64,000 nt of DNA from a virus (taxonomy: Duplodnaviria; Caudoviricetes), in the IMG/VR virus record IMGVR_UViG_3300033487_000003, positions 1 to 64,000 of that record; one strand, written 5' to 3'. The position numbers were made by a program, and so were the translations under genes. The notes under the pieces were generated by a model, which searched no databases, was not told where the DNA came from, and saw only the letters and a list, made by a program, of their open reading frames with translations. Shown here piece after piece: positions 36,191 to 47,206 of this stretch (within the stretch, counting starts at the first letter, position 1; every line of letters starts with the position of its first letter).

Positions 36191-36356
36191 CACGATCGCC
36201 AGGAACTACGGTCAGGCAGGCGACAGTCAGCAGACAGGGTGGGTCGTGACCTACCCGAACGGAGCGACCGAGACGAAGACGACTGAGGTCGCCGCGCGGT
36301 TGGCCGCAGCCCTGGTGCCTGGGGCGAAGTATGTCAAGGCTGAGACATCCGTGTGA
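36177..36356 (+). CDS. 59-aa Cys-start protein (MCCGN...W.VT.PNG...EVAA..AA), not in the ORF track
   Basis: overlaps the protease 3' end; resembles small conserved ORFs that follow the protease in this head-module type. Confidence 0.6.
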   Translation: MCCGNTIARNYGQAGDSQQTGWVVTYPNGATETKTTEVAARLAAALVPGAKYVKAETSV

Positions 36357-36373
36357 CATTGACAGTGTGATGA

Positions 36374-36405
36374 TCGAGGCGCGGACCACCCGGTCCGCGC
36401 CTCGA
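36374..36405 (+). terminator. 14-bp hairpin
   Basis: TCGAGGCGCGGACC/GGTCCGCGCCTCGA. Confidence 0.55.
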
Positions 36406-36421
36406 CCCGTAGGGAGAGCAG

Positions 36422-36688
36422 ATGATTCAGCCAGACACCACTCCTAGGATCACCTGGGCTGTGCTGACGGTCCAGGACAGCGACGGCAAGGTCAGCGTCA
36501 TGGAGATCCCGGTCGGTAACAACATCGATGTGGAGTACGAAACTAGTTACAGGGAGTCACCGTATTTTCTTCTCGATGAGACGGTACCTGTGTCTACGAG
36601 ATCTCTCGGACAGAAATTGACAGTCGTGATCGAGGCGACGGTGGGAAACCCGAATGTGCCCCTGATGGTGCTGAGGGGCCATGGATGA
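36422..36688 (+). CDS. hypothetical protein
   Basis: GGGAGAG SD; coupled to the first glycosyltransferase. Confidence 0.55.
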   Translation: MIQPDTTPRITWAVLTVQDSDGKVSVMEIPVGNNIDVEYETSYRESPYFLLDETVPVSTRSLGQKLTVVIEATVGNPNVPLMVLRGHG

Positions 36689-37353
36689 GCGGATACACGG
36701 ACGCCGATCTTGTGATCCTCGTTCCGATGTTGGGACGGCCGCAGCACGTCGCTCCACTGTTGGCCACGATCGAGGCGACGGTCCCGAACGCCGAGGTGTT
36801 GTTCCTGTGTTCCCCGCAGGACTGGGCAGTTCTTGACGAGATCAAGAGCGCGGATAGGTCGTACGTCGAGGTTCCGTACTACCCGGTTGGTGACTACGCC
36901 CGGAAGATCAACAGGGGGGTGTTCGCCACCACCCATTCGCTGATCTTCCTTGGCGCGTCAGACCTCGCGTTCTACCCGAACTGGTTCGAACACGCGATCG
37001 AACACCTCCATCCCGGGATCGGTGTCGTAGGAACCAACGACCTCGGAAACGCGCGAGTCATCGCCGGAACCCACTCCACCCACTCCCTTGTGACCAGGGA
37101 ATACGCCGCCCTGGGAACCATCGACGCCCGAGAGAAGTTGCTCCATGAGGGCTATCACCACGAGTTCGTCGATGACGAGTTCATAGAAACTGCCCGATTC
37201 AGACAAGCGTTCGAAATGGCCCCAGAATCGATCGTCGAACACCTACACCCCAACTGGGGAAAGGCCACCACCGACCCGCTCTACGACCAACAACGACGCC
37301 GCATGGCCTACGGCCATCGGCTCTACAACCACCGGAGACGACTGTGGCAATGA
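36685..37353 (+). CDS. GT-A fold glycosyltransferase (GT2-like) 1
   Basis: VILVPMLGRP, KIN.G, FLGASD, FVDDE and VEHLHP motifs. Confidence 0.75.
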   Translation: MSGYTDADLVILVPMLGRPQHVAPLLATIEATVPNAEVLFLCSPQDWAVLDEIKSADRSYVEVPYYPVGDYARKINRGVFATTHSLIFLGASDLAFYPNWFEHAIEHLHPGIGVVGTNDLGNARVIAGTHSTHSLVTREYAALGTIDAREKLLHEGYHHEFVDDEFIETARFRQAFEMAPESIVEHLHPNWGKATTDPLYDQQRRRMAYGHRLYNHRRRLWQ

Positions 37354-37568
37354 CCCTTTCCCTGAGCGACCACGGCCCGACGATTCCACGCGAGCAGAGC
37401 ATGAACACAGCAATCGCACAAATTGGATGGATTGGAAAGACCGGAACCGTGTACCGACTCGACCAGCCACCCACGAGCAGTAGCGAACCGGGAGGTTTCG
37501 CACCGCTGCTGATCTCCGTCGGAACGTGGGAACACCTCGGAAACGAACATTGGGGTATCCATGACTGA
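37350..37568 (+). CDS. small hypothetical insert in the glycosylation cluster
   Basis: overlaps both neighbours; WIG.TG.VY motif. Confidence 0.45.
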   Translation: MTLSLSDHGPTIPREQSMNTAIAQIGWIGKTGTVYRLDQPPTSSSEPGGFAPLLISVGTWEHLGNEHWGIHD

Positions 37569-38172
37569 CGTGACCATCCTGGTCGCCACCTACGGTGATC
37601 AGGCATGGGAGCACCTCGCTCAGGTTCGTGCGATCCCATCGGCACAGGAGCAGGGTGTTCCGGTCATACACCGCCATGGCGCGACATTGCACGAGGCACG
37701 TAACGCCTGCCTGCACGCGGCGCGAACCACGTGGGTCGTACACCTGGACGCCGACGACGAACTAGAAGACCACTACATCACCACCTTGATGAGCGGATCA
37801 TCCGACGTCCGTGCCCCATCAGTGCGCTACGTGCAGGGCAACTACGCCCAACCACCACGGGTCCCCACCGTCTACGGACATTCGCACACCTGTACGGCAG
37901 AGTGTTTGCCCTACGGGAACTGGATCATCGTCGGAGCGCTGGCACGCAGACAGCTGCTCATCGACATTGGTGGATGGCGTGACTTCAGCTGGTCGGAGGA
38001 CTGGGACCTCTGGTTACGTTGTCACCTCGCCGGCGGAAGTATCGAGACAATCCCACAAGCCATCTACCGCGCACACGTCCGACTCGCCTCCCGTAACCGG
38101 GCAGCCAGCCACGAGCAACGCCTGGCTGTGCACCGCGCGATCGCCCAAGCGAATGGAGTACCCATACCGTGA
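37561..38172 (+). CDS. GT2 family glycosyltransferase 2
   Basis: VTILVATY, ARNA.L, HLDADD (DxD), IGGW, EDWDLWLR. Confidence 0.85.
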   Translation: MTDVTILVATYGDQAWEHLAQVRAIPSAQEQGVPVIHRHGATLHEARNACLHAARTTWVVHLDADDELEDHYITTLMSGSSDVRAPSVRYVQGNYAQPPRVPTVYGHSHTCTAECLPYGNWIIVGALARRQLLIDIGGWRDFSWSEDWDLWLRCHLAGGSIETIPQAIYRAHVRLASRNRAASHEQRLAVHRAIAQANGVPIP

Positions 38173-39182
38173 CGCAATTCGACCCGTACGCGCTTCTCGG
38201 CCGTGATCCGATCCAGATCAACCCCGACGGTTCGTACCTCACGGGCAAACGGGTTCTGGTCACCGGGGCTGGTGGGTCGATCGGATCCGTGATCTGTCGA
38301 CACGTCACCCGGTTCAACCCCGAAGAGCTGATCATGCTCGACCGGGACGAGTCCGCGCTTCACGCTGTCCAACTCGCCCTGACCGGTCGCGCCCTTCTCG
38401 CCGACGCGTCAACCATCCTCGGTGACCTCCGTGACCGTATGTGGATCTATCGGATTCTGACCCAACGGCGTCCCGAGATCGTGTTCCACGCGGCTGCCCT
38501 CAAGCACCAACCGCTCTTGGAGCGCTTCCCTGGTGAGGCGTTCAAGACCAACGTCCTCGGCACCCGGAACCTGGTACAGGCAGCGATGACCATCGGCGTA
38601 GGTGTCCTCGTGAACATCTCAACCGACAAGGCCGCTAACCCGTGCTGTGCGCTCGGTACGTCGAAGCGGATCGCCGAGCGCCTGGCATCCGGGTGTGCTC
38701 CCCGCCAGTACGTTTCCGTTCGGCTCGGCAACGTTCTCGGGTCGCGGGGATCGATACTGGAGACGTTCTCAGCCCAGTTGGATGCCGGCGTACCGCTGAC
38801 CGTGACCGACCCAGGCATGATGCGGTTCTTCATGACCGCTGACGAAGCGGTGTCCCTGATCGTGCACGCGGGGGCGATTGGGCGACCGGGTGAGGTGCTA
38901 GTACCCGACATGGGAACACCTGTACGAATCGTCGACATCGCCGAGCGGATGATATCCATGACCAGAGGAAATGGGAAGATCGCATACACGGGACTACGAC
39001 CAGGGGAGAAGGTGAACGAAGAACTTCTAGGGGCGGGGGAGCGCGACGAACGCCCATACCATCCGATGATCTCGCAGATTCCAGTTCCCGCGCTTACTTC
39101 GTCCGCGCTGAACATCGTCACGAGTTCCGACAACGGCTTTCCTGAGATCGCACAACAGATGATCACACTATGTAATCAATAA
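38169..39182 (+). CDS. CapD/PglF-like nucleotide-sugar 4,6-dehydratase (catalytic domain only)
   Basis: VTGAGGSIGS, FHAAALKH, ISTDKAANP, VRLGNVLGSRGS, RFFMT, GLRPGEK. Confidence 0.92.
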   Translation: MTQFDPYALLGRDPIQINPDGSYLTGKRVLVTGAGGSIGSVICRHVTRFNPEELIMLDRDESALHAVQLALTGRALLADASTILGDLRDRMWIYRILTQRRPEIVFHAAALKHQPLLERFPGEAFKTNVLGTRNLVQAAMTIGVGVLVNISTDKAANPCCALGTSKRIAERLASGCAPRQYVSVRLGNVLGSRGSILETFSAQLDAGVPLTVTDPGMMRFFMTADEAVSLIVHAGAIGRPGEVLVPDMGTPVRIVDIAERMISMTRGNGKIAYTGLRPGEKVNEELLGAGERDERPYHPMISQIPVPALTSSALNIVTSSDNGFPEIAQQMITLCNQ

Positions 39183-39193
39183 GGAGGCGTTTG

Positions 39194-39904
39194 GTGAACG
39201 ACGAGCAAACGATCGCCCTGGTCATCATCGGCGACGGCCGCGACGACTACCTCCGGAAGTGCGTCACCTCACTGCACTACCTCTCCGGGCCCATCGTCGA
39301 ACTGTGGATGTACGACGACACCGGAGACCCGATCTACCGCGACGACCTCGCCAGGCGATACCCGCCCTTTCGACACATCAACGGCGGACCACGCCAAGGC
39401 TGCGCAGGGGCATTTCAGCAGGTCTGGCGACAGGTCCGCAAAGACACCACGGCCCGGTTCGTGTTCCTCGTAGAGCAGGATTTCCGGTTCATCCGCCCGG
39501 TAGACCTCGTTGGAATGGCCGATCTCCTCGACGCTCGTCCGCACCTCGCCGAGGTAGCGCTACGTCGGCAGCCGTGGAACGAGGTCGAGAAAGCCGCCGG
39601 GGGCATCGTCGAGTCACACCCCGACTGGTACATCGACATGGAGGACGACGCCGGTCGGCAGTGGCTAGAGCAGGGCGCGTTCTTCACCACGAACTGTCCC
39701 TTGTTCCGCACGTCCCTTCTCGACGTCCCCTGGCCAGACTCGCGACCAGGCTGCTACTCCGAAGGCACCTTCCACCAACACCTCAAGATCCACGGAACAC
39801 CCGAGGTACCGGGAGATCAGGTCACCTACGCCTACTGGGGTGCCAGAGACTCCGGGGTATGGGTAGAACACATCGGCCAACACCGGATAGGAACAGGGTA
39901 CTGA
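39194..39904 (+). CDS. GT-A fold glycosyltransferase 3
   Basis: LVIIGDGR, MYDD, FLVEQDF, ALRRQPW, FTTNCPL, EGTF; GGAGG SD. Confidence 0.7.
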   Translation: MNDEQTIALVIIGDGRDDYLRKCVTSLHYLSGPIVELWMYDDTGDPIYRDDLARRYPPFRHINGGPRQGCAGAFQQVWRQVRKDTTARFVFLVEQDFRFIRPVDLVGMADLLDARPHLAEVALRRQPWNEVEKAAGGIVESHPDWYIDMEDDAGRQWLEQGAFFTTNCPLFRTSLLDVPWPDSRPGCYSEGTFHQHLKIHGTPEVPGDQVTYAYWGARDSGVWVEHIGQHRIGTGY

Positions 39905-39906
39905 TC

Positions 39907-40626
39907 ATGCTCACTGTCATCGTCCCCAGCCGTGGCCGTCCGGACGCGATGCTCGACCTGATCAATTCTGTGGTCGATACCCGACAGGTCGCCACGACGA
40001 ACGTGGTGCTCGCCGTTGACGACACTGACCCGATGCTCGACCTGTACGAAGAAGTGGTCAACGTTCGACCAGACGTCAGCAGACTGGAGGTCGTACGCGG
40101 TGGGTGGATGGTCGCCGCCCTGAACGAGGCCGCCCAGCGAGTCGTGGCGGACCCAGCCGTAACCGCTGTCGGATTCCTCGGAGACGACCACCGACCACGC
40201 ACGAAAGGCTGGGATGCCGCCTATCTGACCGCCCTACGACAGATGGGTGCGGGAATCGTCTACGGTGACGACCTTCTACAGCACGACTTCGTACCAACCC
40301 AGTGCGCGATGACAGCAGACATCATCCGACGAGTGGGATGGATGGCTCACCCGTCGCTACGGCACATGTACGTCGACACGCTGTGGCGAGACATGGCCAG
40401 AGGAGTCGGCAAGCTCCGCTACCTTCCGGACATCGTCGTTGAGCACCTTCACTACCTGAACGGAAAGGCGATCGAGGACGACGGCTACAAGCGCGTCAAC
40501 GACCCGCAGGTCTACAAGGCCGACGAGGATGCGTTTCGGCGACTCCACGCGACTGGGGTTGTCCGGTCGGCGTCCGAGGTGATCCGGCAGCTGGCGAACG
40601 TCGCACTCAACCAAAAGGAAATGTAG
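39907..40626 (+). CDS. GT-A fold glycosyltransferase (GT2-like) 4
   Basis: VIVPSRGRP, ALNEAA, FLGDDH, YVDT.W, VEHLHY; paralogous to 36685-37353. Confidence 0.75.
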   Translation: MLTVIVPSRGRPDAMLDLINSVVDTRQVATTNVVLAVDDTDPMLDLYEEVVNVRPDVSRLEVVRGGWMVAALNEAAQRVVADPAVTAVGFLGDDHRPRTKGWDAAYLTALRQMGAGIVYGDDLLQHDFVPTQCAMTADIIRRVGWMAHPSLRHMYVDTLWRDMARGVGKLRYLPDIVVEHLHYLNGKAIEDDGYKRVNDPQVYKADEDAFRRLHATGVVRSASEVIRQLANVALNQKEM

Positions 40627-40717
40627 TGAGCATATACGAGTTCGTTATTCCATTACCAACTGTAATGGAATGTGGAAGATGTCAAAACGCACGCCGAAAC
40701 GTCGGAGGTGAGAAGTT

Positions 40718-41731
40718 GTGAAAGTTCTTGTGACAGGATCTTCTGGATTTGTTGGTCGGCACATGTGCGAGCAGCTAAAACGTCTCGGATGGGACGTTGT
40801 TGGTGTCGACCAGAATAAAAATCGTAACGTATTGCAGAAGTTGACATTTTCGTCTGACAGCATTTTTGATGAGGAAAAGCCTTGGAACGTGTTCGTGCAT
40901 TCTGATGTACGGACCATCTTCTGGGAACGCTGTCGTCCTTTCTCCGAGAATGTCTTCGACGAACTGGCGGAAACCAGATACGACCTGGTGGTGCACTGCG
41001 CCTACCACGTCGGTGGGCGGGCTGCGATCGATGGAAACCCGTCGCTCCTGGCTCTGAATCTGGAACTCGACGCGCGGCTGTTCGAGTGGGCGGTCCGTAC
41101 CCGACAGCGCGCGGTCATGTACTTCTCGTCGTCGGCGGTCTACCCGATCAAGTATCAGCAGGGCGGGAAGCAGCCACCGCTGTCTGAGCACCTGATCAGT
41201 GTTGATGGTCCGGTTCAGCCTGACGCGCGGTATGGGTGGGCGAAGTTGACCGGGGAACATCTGGCAGATGCTGCCACGACGCAGGGACTACGGGTCCATG
41301 TGCTTCGGCCGTTCTCTGGGTATGGGGCTGACCAGGACGACACCTACCCGTTCCCAGCTATCTTGGCTCGGGTCCTTGCTGGTGACCTCTCCGTGTGGGG
41401 ACCACCTGGTCAGATCCGTGACTGGATCCATATCGACGATGTGGTTGGTGGTGCGCTTGCGGTCTACGAGAAGGATTATCGGGAACCAGTCAATTTGTGT
41501 ACCGGGGTTGGTACGGAGTTCGGCGTTCTGGCCACGATGATGGCGCGGCGATTAGGAATCGATGTCGGTGCTGTTGATCCCCGGGGGCGCGCTGAGCGGG
41601 TGACGTATCTAGAGGATCGACCAACGGGAGTATTGTGTCGGGTTGGTGATCCGACAAGGATGTTGAATATTTATGAGCCAGAGATTGGTCTTGATGAGGG
41701 AATTCGTCGCGCGATTGGTGACCTAACTTGA
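40718..41731 (+). CDS. NAD-dependent epimerase/dehydratase (extended SDR)
   Basis: VLVTGSSGFVG, FSSSAVY, YGWAK (YxxxK), RPFSGYG, RDWIHIDD. Confidence 0.9.
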   Translation: MKVLVTGSSGFVGRHMCEQLKRLGWDVVGVDQNKNRNVLQKLTFSSDSIFDEEKPWNVFVHSDVRTIFWERCRPFSENVFDELAETRYDLVVHCAYHVGGRAAIDGNPSLLALNLELDARLFEWAVRTRQRAVMYFSSSAVYPIKYQQGGKQPPLSEHLISVDGPVQPDARYGWAKLTGEHLADAATTQGLRVHVLRPFSGYGADQDDTYPFPAILARVLAGDLSVWGPPGQIRDWIHIDDVVGGALAVYEKDYREPVNLCTGVGTEFGVLATMMARRLGIDVGAVDPRGRAERVTYLEDRPTGVLCRVGDPTRMLNIYEPEIGLDEGIRRAIGDLT

Positions 41732-41831
41732 CCTGCGATCAGAGATCTTATGACACGATTCGATCCGAGACCGATGTGATCGAGGACATTGTGGGGAATG
41801 GAATCAGTAAGACGCTCGCGGAGGTGTGGTC

Positions 41832-42632
41832 GTGAAGGTCGTTGGTATCTCAATGGTCCGTAACGAAGCGGACATCATCGCACAAACCGTGCTTCATATG
41901 GCGTATCACTGCGACCACCTGATCGTCTCCGACAACATGTCGGACGACGGCACCCGAGAGATCCTGGACTACCTCGCCGAAGACCTTCCCCTCGACGTCG
42001 TCACCGACTCGGATCCGGCGTACTACCAGTCCAGGAAGATGACTTCCCTTGCCGAGCTGGCCGCGACCAGGTTTGGCGACGAGGATCTGTGGATCGTTCC
42101 GTTCGATGCCGATGAACTGTGGAATCCGTGGGATGATCCGAACCAGCCGATCCGGGAACTACTGGTCGACCGACTGTGCTGCGTCGCGCAGGCCGCCCTG
42201 TTCGACTACCGGGCAACGGCCCTCGATCCCCCCGGGATCTATCCGGTGAAGACGATGCAGTGGTGTACGGCGAAACCCGCAGGGTTGCCGAAGGTCGCCT
42301 TCCGGTGGCAGGAAGGAGCGCGGATCCATCAGGGCAACCACGGGGTGGACCTACCCGACGGCGGGTCGACGGAGATCCTTCTCCGCGTCAACCACTTTCC
42401 CTACCGATCCGCGTCGCAGTTCGTGTCGAAGGCCCTTCAAGGCGCTGCCGCGTATGCGGCCACTGATCTGCCCGAGGACATGGGTGCACACTGGCGCGCA
42501 TACGGTCGGCTATACCAGACCTATGGGCAACAGGTCTTGGAGGATGTGTTCCGACAGTACTTCTGGACGTTGTCTCCGACAGATAGCGACCTGATCCACC
42601 AGCCGGTCACCTACCACGGGGACGATCTGTGA
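41832..42632 (+). CDS. GT2-like glycosyltransferase 5 (Glyco_tranf_2_4 type)
   Basis: ISMVRNEADII, DNMSDDGT, PFDADE; GGAGG SD. Confidence 0.85.
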   Translation: MKVVGISMVRNEADIIAQTVLHMAYHCDHLIVSDNMSDDGTREILDYLAEDLPLDVVTDSDPAYYQSRKMTSLAELAATRFGDEDLWIVPFDADELWNPWDDPNQPIRELLVDRLCCVAQAALFDYRATALDPPGIYPVKTMQWCTAKPAGLPKVAFRWQEGARIHQGNHGVDLPDGGSTEILLRVNHFPYRSASQFVSKALQGAAAYAATDLPEDMGAHWRAYGRLYQTYGQQVLEDVFRQYFWTLSPTDSDLIHQPVTYHGDDL

Positions 42633-43384
42633 CCAGCGTTGGTGTGGTGATCCCCTGGTACCAGAAAGGTCCGGATCCGTGGCGTGAGCGGGCACTGGCT
42701 CATGTGCGCGCCTGGTGGGACACGGCTTTTCCGGGGAGAGTCGTCCTTGGGACCATCAGTAGCGACGATGGACCATGGCGTAAGGGCCTCGCCGTACACC
42801 GGGGGATCGCCGAACTCGACGCGGAGATCGTTGTGGTTTCCGACGCGGACGTGATTTGCGAGGGAGTAGACGACGCAATCGCTCAGATCAGCCGGTTTGA
42901 CGTCGGTTGGGCAATCCCGCATCGCATGGTCTGCCGACTGACGGCGGACGCCACGACCATGCTGCTACAGGACAACACCTACCCGCCTACTCCGACCCGC
43001 ACCGGGGTAACAGGTCCCCACTACGCGGAGGTCTATCCTGGCGCTCCCGGTGGTGGCCTGGTCGTTCTCCCCCGAAGACTCCTGGAGGATGTTCCGATCG
43101 ACCCGCGTTTCTGCGGCTGGGGTCAGGAGGACTACGCCTGGGCAAGGGCGCTGACGATGATCGCCGGACATCCGTGGCGAGGACGTTTCCCCCTGTTCCA
43201 TCTCTTCCATGAGCCACAGCAGCGAATGAGCCGAGGTATCGGCTCGTCGGACAGTCACAGATTGTGGCAGCGTTATCACACTGCCCCGAATCTTCCGGTC
43301 ATGCTGGACCTGATCGAGGAAGCACGGAAGGCTCTCCACACGACGACCGAGAAGACATTGTCAGATCCGCTGGCTACAATCTAG
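42629..43384 (+). CDS. GT-A glycosyltransferase 6 (GT2/GT7 C-terminal-like)
   Basis: VVIPW, VSDADV (DxD), GGG..L, FCGWGQED. Confidence 0.8.
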   Translation: MTSVGVVIPWYQKGPDPWRERALAHVRAWWDTAFPGRVVLGTISSDDGPWRKGLAVHRGIAELDAEIVVVSDADVICEGVDDAIAQISRFDVGWAIPHRMVCRLTADATTMLLQDNTYPPTPTRTGVTGPHYAEVYPGAPGGGLVVLPRRLLEDVPIDPRFCGWGQEDYAWARALTMIAGHPWRGRFPLFHLFHEPQQRMSRGIGSSDSHRLWQRYHTAPNLPVMLDLIEEARKALHTTTEKTLSDPLATI

Positions 43385-43427
43385 ACTTGTCGTGGTCCTT
43401 GAGGGGCCGACGTCGAAACGCATTCAC

Positions 43428-43458
43428 ACAATGTCCCCGACCACGCCGGGGACATTGT
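43428..43458. promoter_or_regulatory. 12-bp perfect inverted repeat upstream of the capsid leader (terminator or operator)
   Basis: ACAATGTCCCCG-N7-CGGGGACATTGT. Confidence 0.55.
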
Positions 43459-43506
43459 CATTTCCGACCAGGGTATCTCGTGCTACCTTCCCATTAGCGA
43501 TCATGT

Positions 43507-43588
43507 GATCTGGTGCTGCTACGGTCCGGCTAGATCTTCCGATCGTGGGACGACGCACCAGCGCTGCCATGGTCCGGCTGGGTGTCGC
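43507..43588 (+). other. two tandem hairpins with a shared loop in the capsid 5' leader
   Basis: GCTGCYAYGGTCCGGCTRG at 43515 and 43563, each closed by a stem. Confidence 0.5.
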
Positions 43589-43610
43589 GCTTCCGTGAGG
43601 AATCACGACC

Positions 43611-45380
<1,770 letters not shown>

Positions 45381-45421
45381 CCAGGAGCGACCGTAACCGA
45401 CCAGCTGAGAGACGGTGACCG

Positions 45422-46201
45422 ATGGCAATCACACCCAGGATGGTCGTCGATCCTCCAGAGCCCCGTGGTTTGCGGTACGGGCTGTTCGTCGTCGCCAACG
45501 GCCCGAACGACCTCTTGCCGCACGGGGCTGCGGGTGGGGTGACCTACGACCCGGTGTCCTGCGGGCAGGCGCGCTACTACGACACGGCGTGCGGGGGTGA
45601 CGGGGGCGAGAAGACCTTCGACTCCAACGACGCGCTGATCACGGCGAACCCATTCACCGTGTACGCGTCGCTGACGTGCGGTTCCGCTGGTAGGACTGCG
45701 GCCGAACTGGAAACGAAGGTCCTGCGACGGCTGGCCAACGGAGAGCAGACGATCGCCGAGTACGGAATGGGTCTGGTTCTGGCAGCCGGTGCGACACCGC
45801 TCGCACCAGCTGACGGAACGATGACCGGGGTTGTCGCGGACCTTGAGGGCTGGCTGTACGGGATCGGCGGGGCCAACTACGGCAACGTTGGCTACCTGCA
45901 TGCCTCGTCCAGGATGGCCGCGTACGCGGCAGAAGAGAGCCTGGTGGTTCGTGACGGACCGCTGCTGAAGACCCCATTGGGATCGATCTGGTCTTTCGGT
46001 GGTGGCTATCCGGACAACGGAATGATCTACATCTCTGGTCAGGTGACCGTGTGGCGAACCCCGGGGATCTTCGTGACGCCACCTGGACAGGTCCTCAATC
46101 TGACCACGAATCAGTACTACATGCTTGCTGAGCGGGAGTACGCGGTGGCGTACGACTGCGTGGCGGCATCAGCGGTATTCGATTGGATGCCACTTTCATG
46201 A
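45422..46201 (+). CDS. major capsid pentamer protein
   Basis: P....YGLF.V, PFTVYA...C, L..P.G..W.FG.GY, AER.Y.V..DC; follows the hexamer gene. Confidence 0.7.
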   Translation: MAITPRMVVDPPEPRGLRYGLFVVANGPNDLLPHGAAGGVTYDPVSCGQARYYDTACGGDGGEKTFDSNDALITANPFTVYASLTCGSAGRTAAELETKVLRRLANGEQTIAEYGMGLVLAAGATPLAPADGTMTGVVADLEGWLYGIGGANYGNVGYLHASSRMAAYAAEESLVVRDGPLLKTPLGSIWSFGGGYPDNGMIYISGQVTVWRTPGIFVTPPGQVLNLTTNQYYMLAEREYAVAYDCVAASAVFDWMPLS

Positions 46202-46452
46202 TCATTATCAAGAATGTTCCTGGGCTCACCACGCCCGAAGTCATGGCGGCGATCGCTGACCAGGTCCCACTCGAACAGGTCGAAACCGGCTATGGCGGAA
46301 TCGTCGTCAACGAACGCACCGCCCTGACCTTCCTTCAGCGATACCTCGCGGCGGTCGACGGCGAACCACTCAGTACGAGCGAGGTACCCCCACCAGAGGG
46401 AACAACCAGGGCGCGCAGCCCTCGGAAGAGGAAAGAGGAGGTGGCGCCATGA
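46198..46452 (+). CDS. small hypothetical protein
   Basis: ATGA overlaps at both ends. Confidence 0.55.
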   Translation: MIIIKNVPGLTTPEVMAAIADQVPLEQVETGYGGIVVNERTALTFLQRYLAAVDGEPLSTSEVPPPEGTTRARSPRKRKEEVAP

Positions 46453-47147
46453 CGGCAACCTGCGACGAGTTCCTCCAGGGCTTCGCCGTTCGGCTGACCA
46501 AACTTGACACCTGTGGGGCGGTGGTCGCCGGAGCCTGCTCGACAGCCATCTCCGAGGGGTTCATCAAGGTTGAACTCGAAGCGGACGAGGCCGATGGTGA
46601 GGAGATCGAACAGACCCTAGCCAACGGAAAGCGCTGCTACTACCGCAAGACCGCTAAGCAGCTCAACGGGTACACGGTCAATATCGAATTCTGTAACGTG
46701 GACCCGGAGCTGTTCAACATCGCCACCGGCGTCAGTTTGATGCTCGACGATGCGGCATCGCCGGTGGCGCAGGGTTTCGCCGTCGACTCAGCTACCTACG
46801 CCACGGCGCATTTCGCCCTGGAGATCTGGACGGATCTATCAGACGGTGGATGCCTGGACCCCAGTGGTCGCAAGTGGGGATACATGCTCCTACCGTGGCT
46901 GCACAACGGCACGGTGTCACCACCGACGATCGAGAACGGGTCGGCAAACTTCATCGTCAATGAGGCGATGACCCGCGACGGTAACCAGTGGGGTGTGGGG
47001 CCGTACAACATCCAGACCACTCAGCTGGGTGTGCCGTCGCCGTTGTTCTCCCCGATCACTTCGACGACGCACTACGTCCTGTATAAGGTAAACACCGCTC
47101 CGCCAACGGGAGTGTGTGGTTGTCAGACCCTGGTACTGCCCACCTGA
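46449..47147 (+). CDS. major tail (tube) protein
   Basis: RLTKLD.CG, SEGFI.V.L, IEFC.VDPEL, FALE.W, WG.GPY; terminator follows. Confidence 0.8.
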   Translation: MTATCDEFLQGFAVRLTKLDTCGAVVAGACSTAISEGFIKVELEADEADGEEIEQTLANGKRCYYRKTAKQLNGYTVNIEFCNVDPELFNIATGVSLMLDDAASPVAQGFAVDSATYATAHFALEIWTDLSDGGCLDPSGRKWGYMLLPWLHNGTVSPPTIENGSANFIVNEAMTRDGNQWGVGPYNIQTTQLGVPSPLFSPITSTTHYVLYKVNTAPPTGVCGCQTLVLPT

Positions 47148-47153
47148 TCGACC

Positions 47154-47190
47154 AGCCGGGGCACGGATAGTCATCTGTGCCCCGGCTTTC
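47154..47190 (+). terminator. hairpin after the major tail gene
   Basis: AGCCGGGGCAC/GTGCCCCGGCT + TTC. Confidence 0.55.
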
Positions 47191-47206
47191 CCAGGAGGGA
47201 CTGAGC

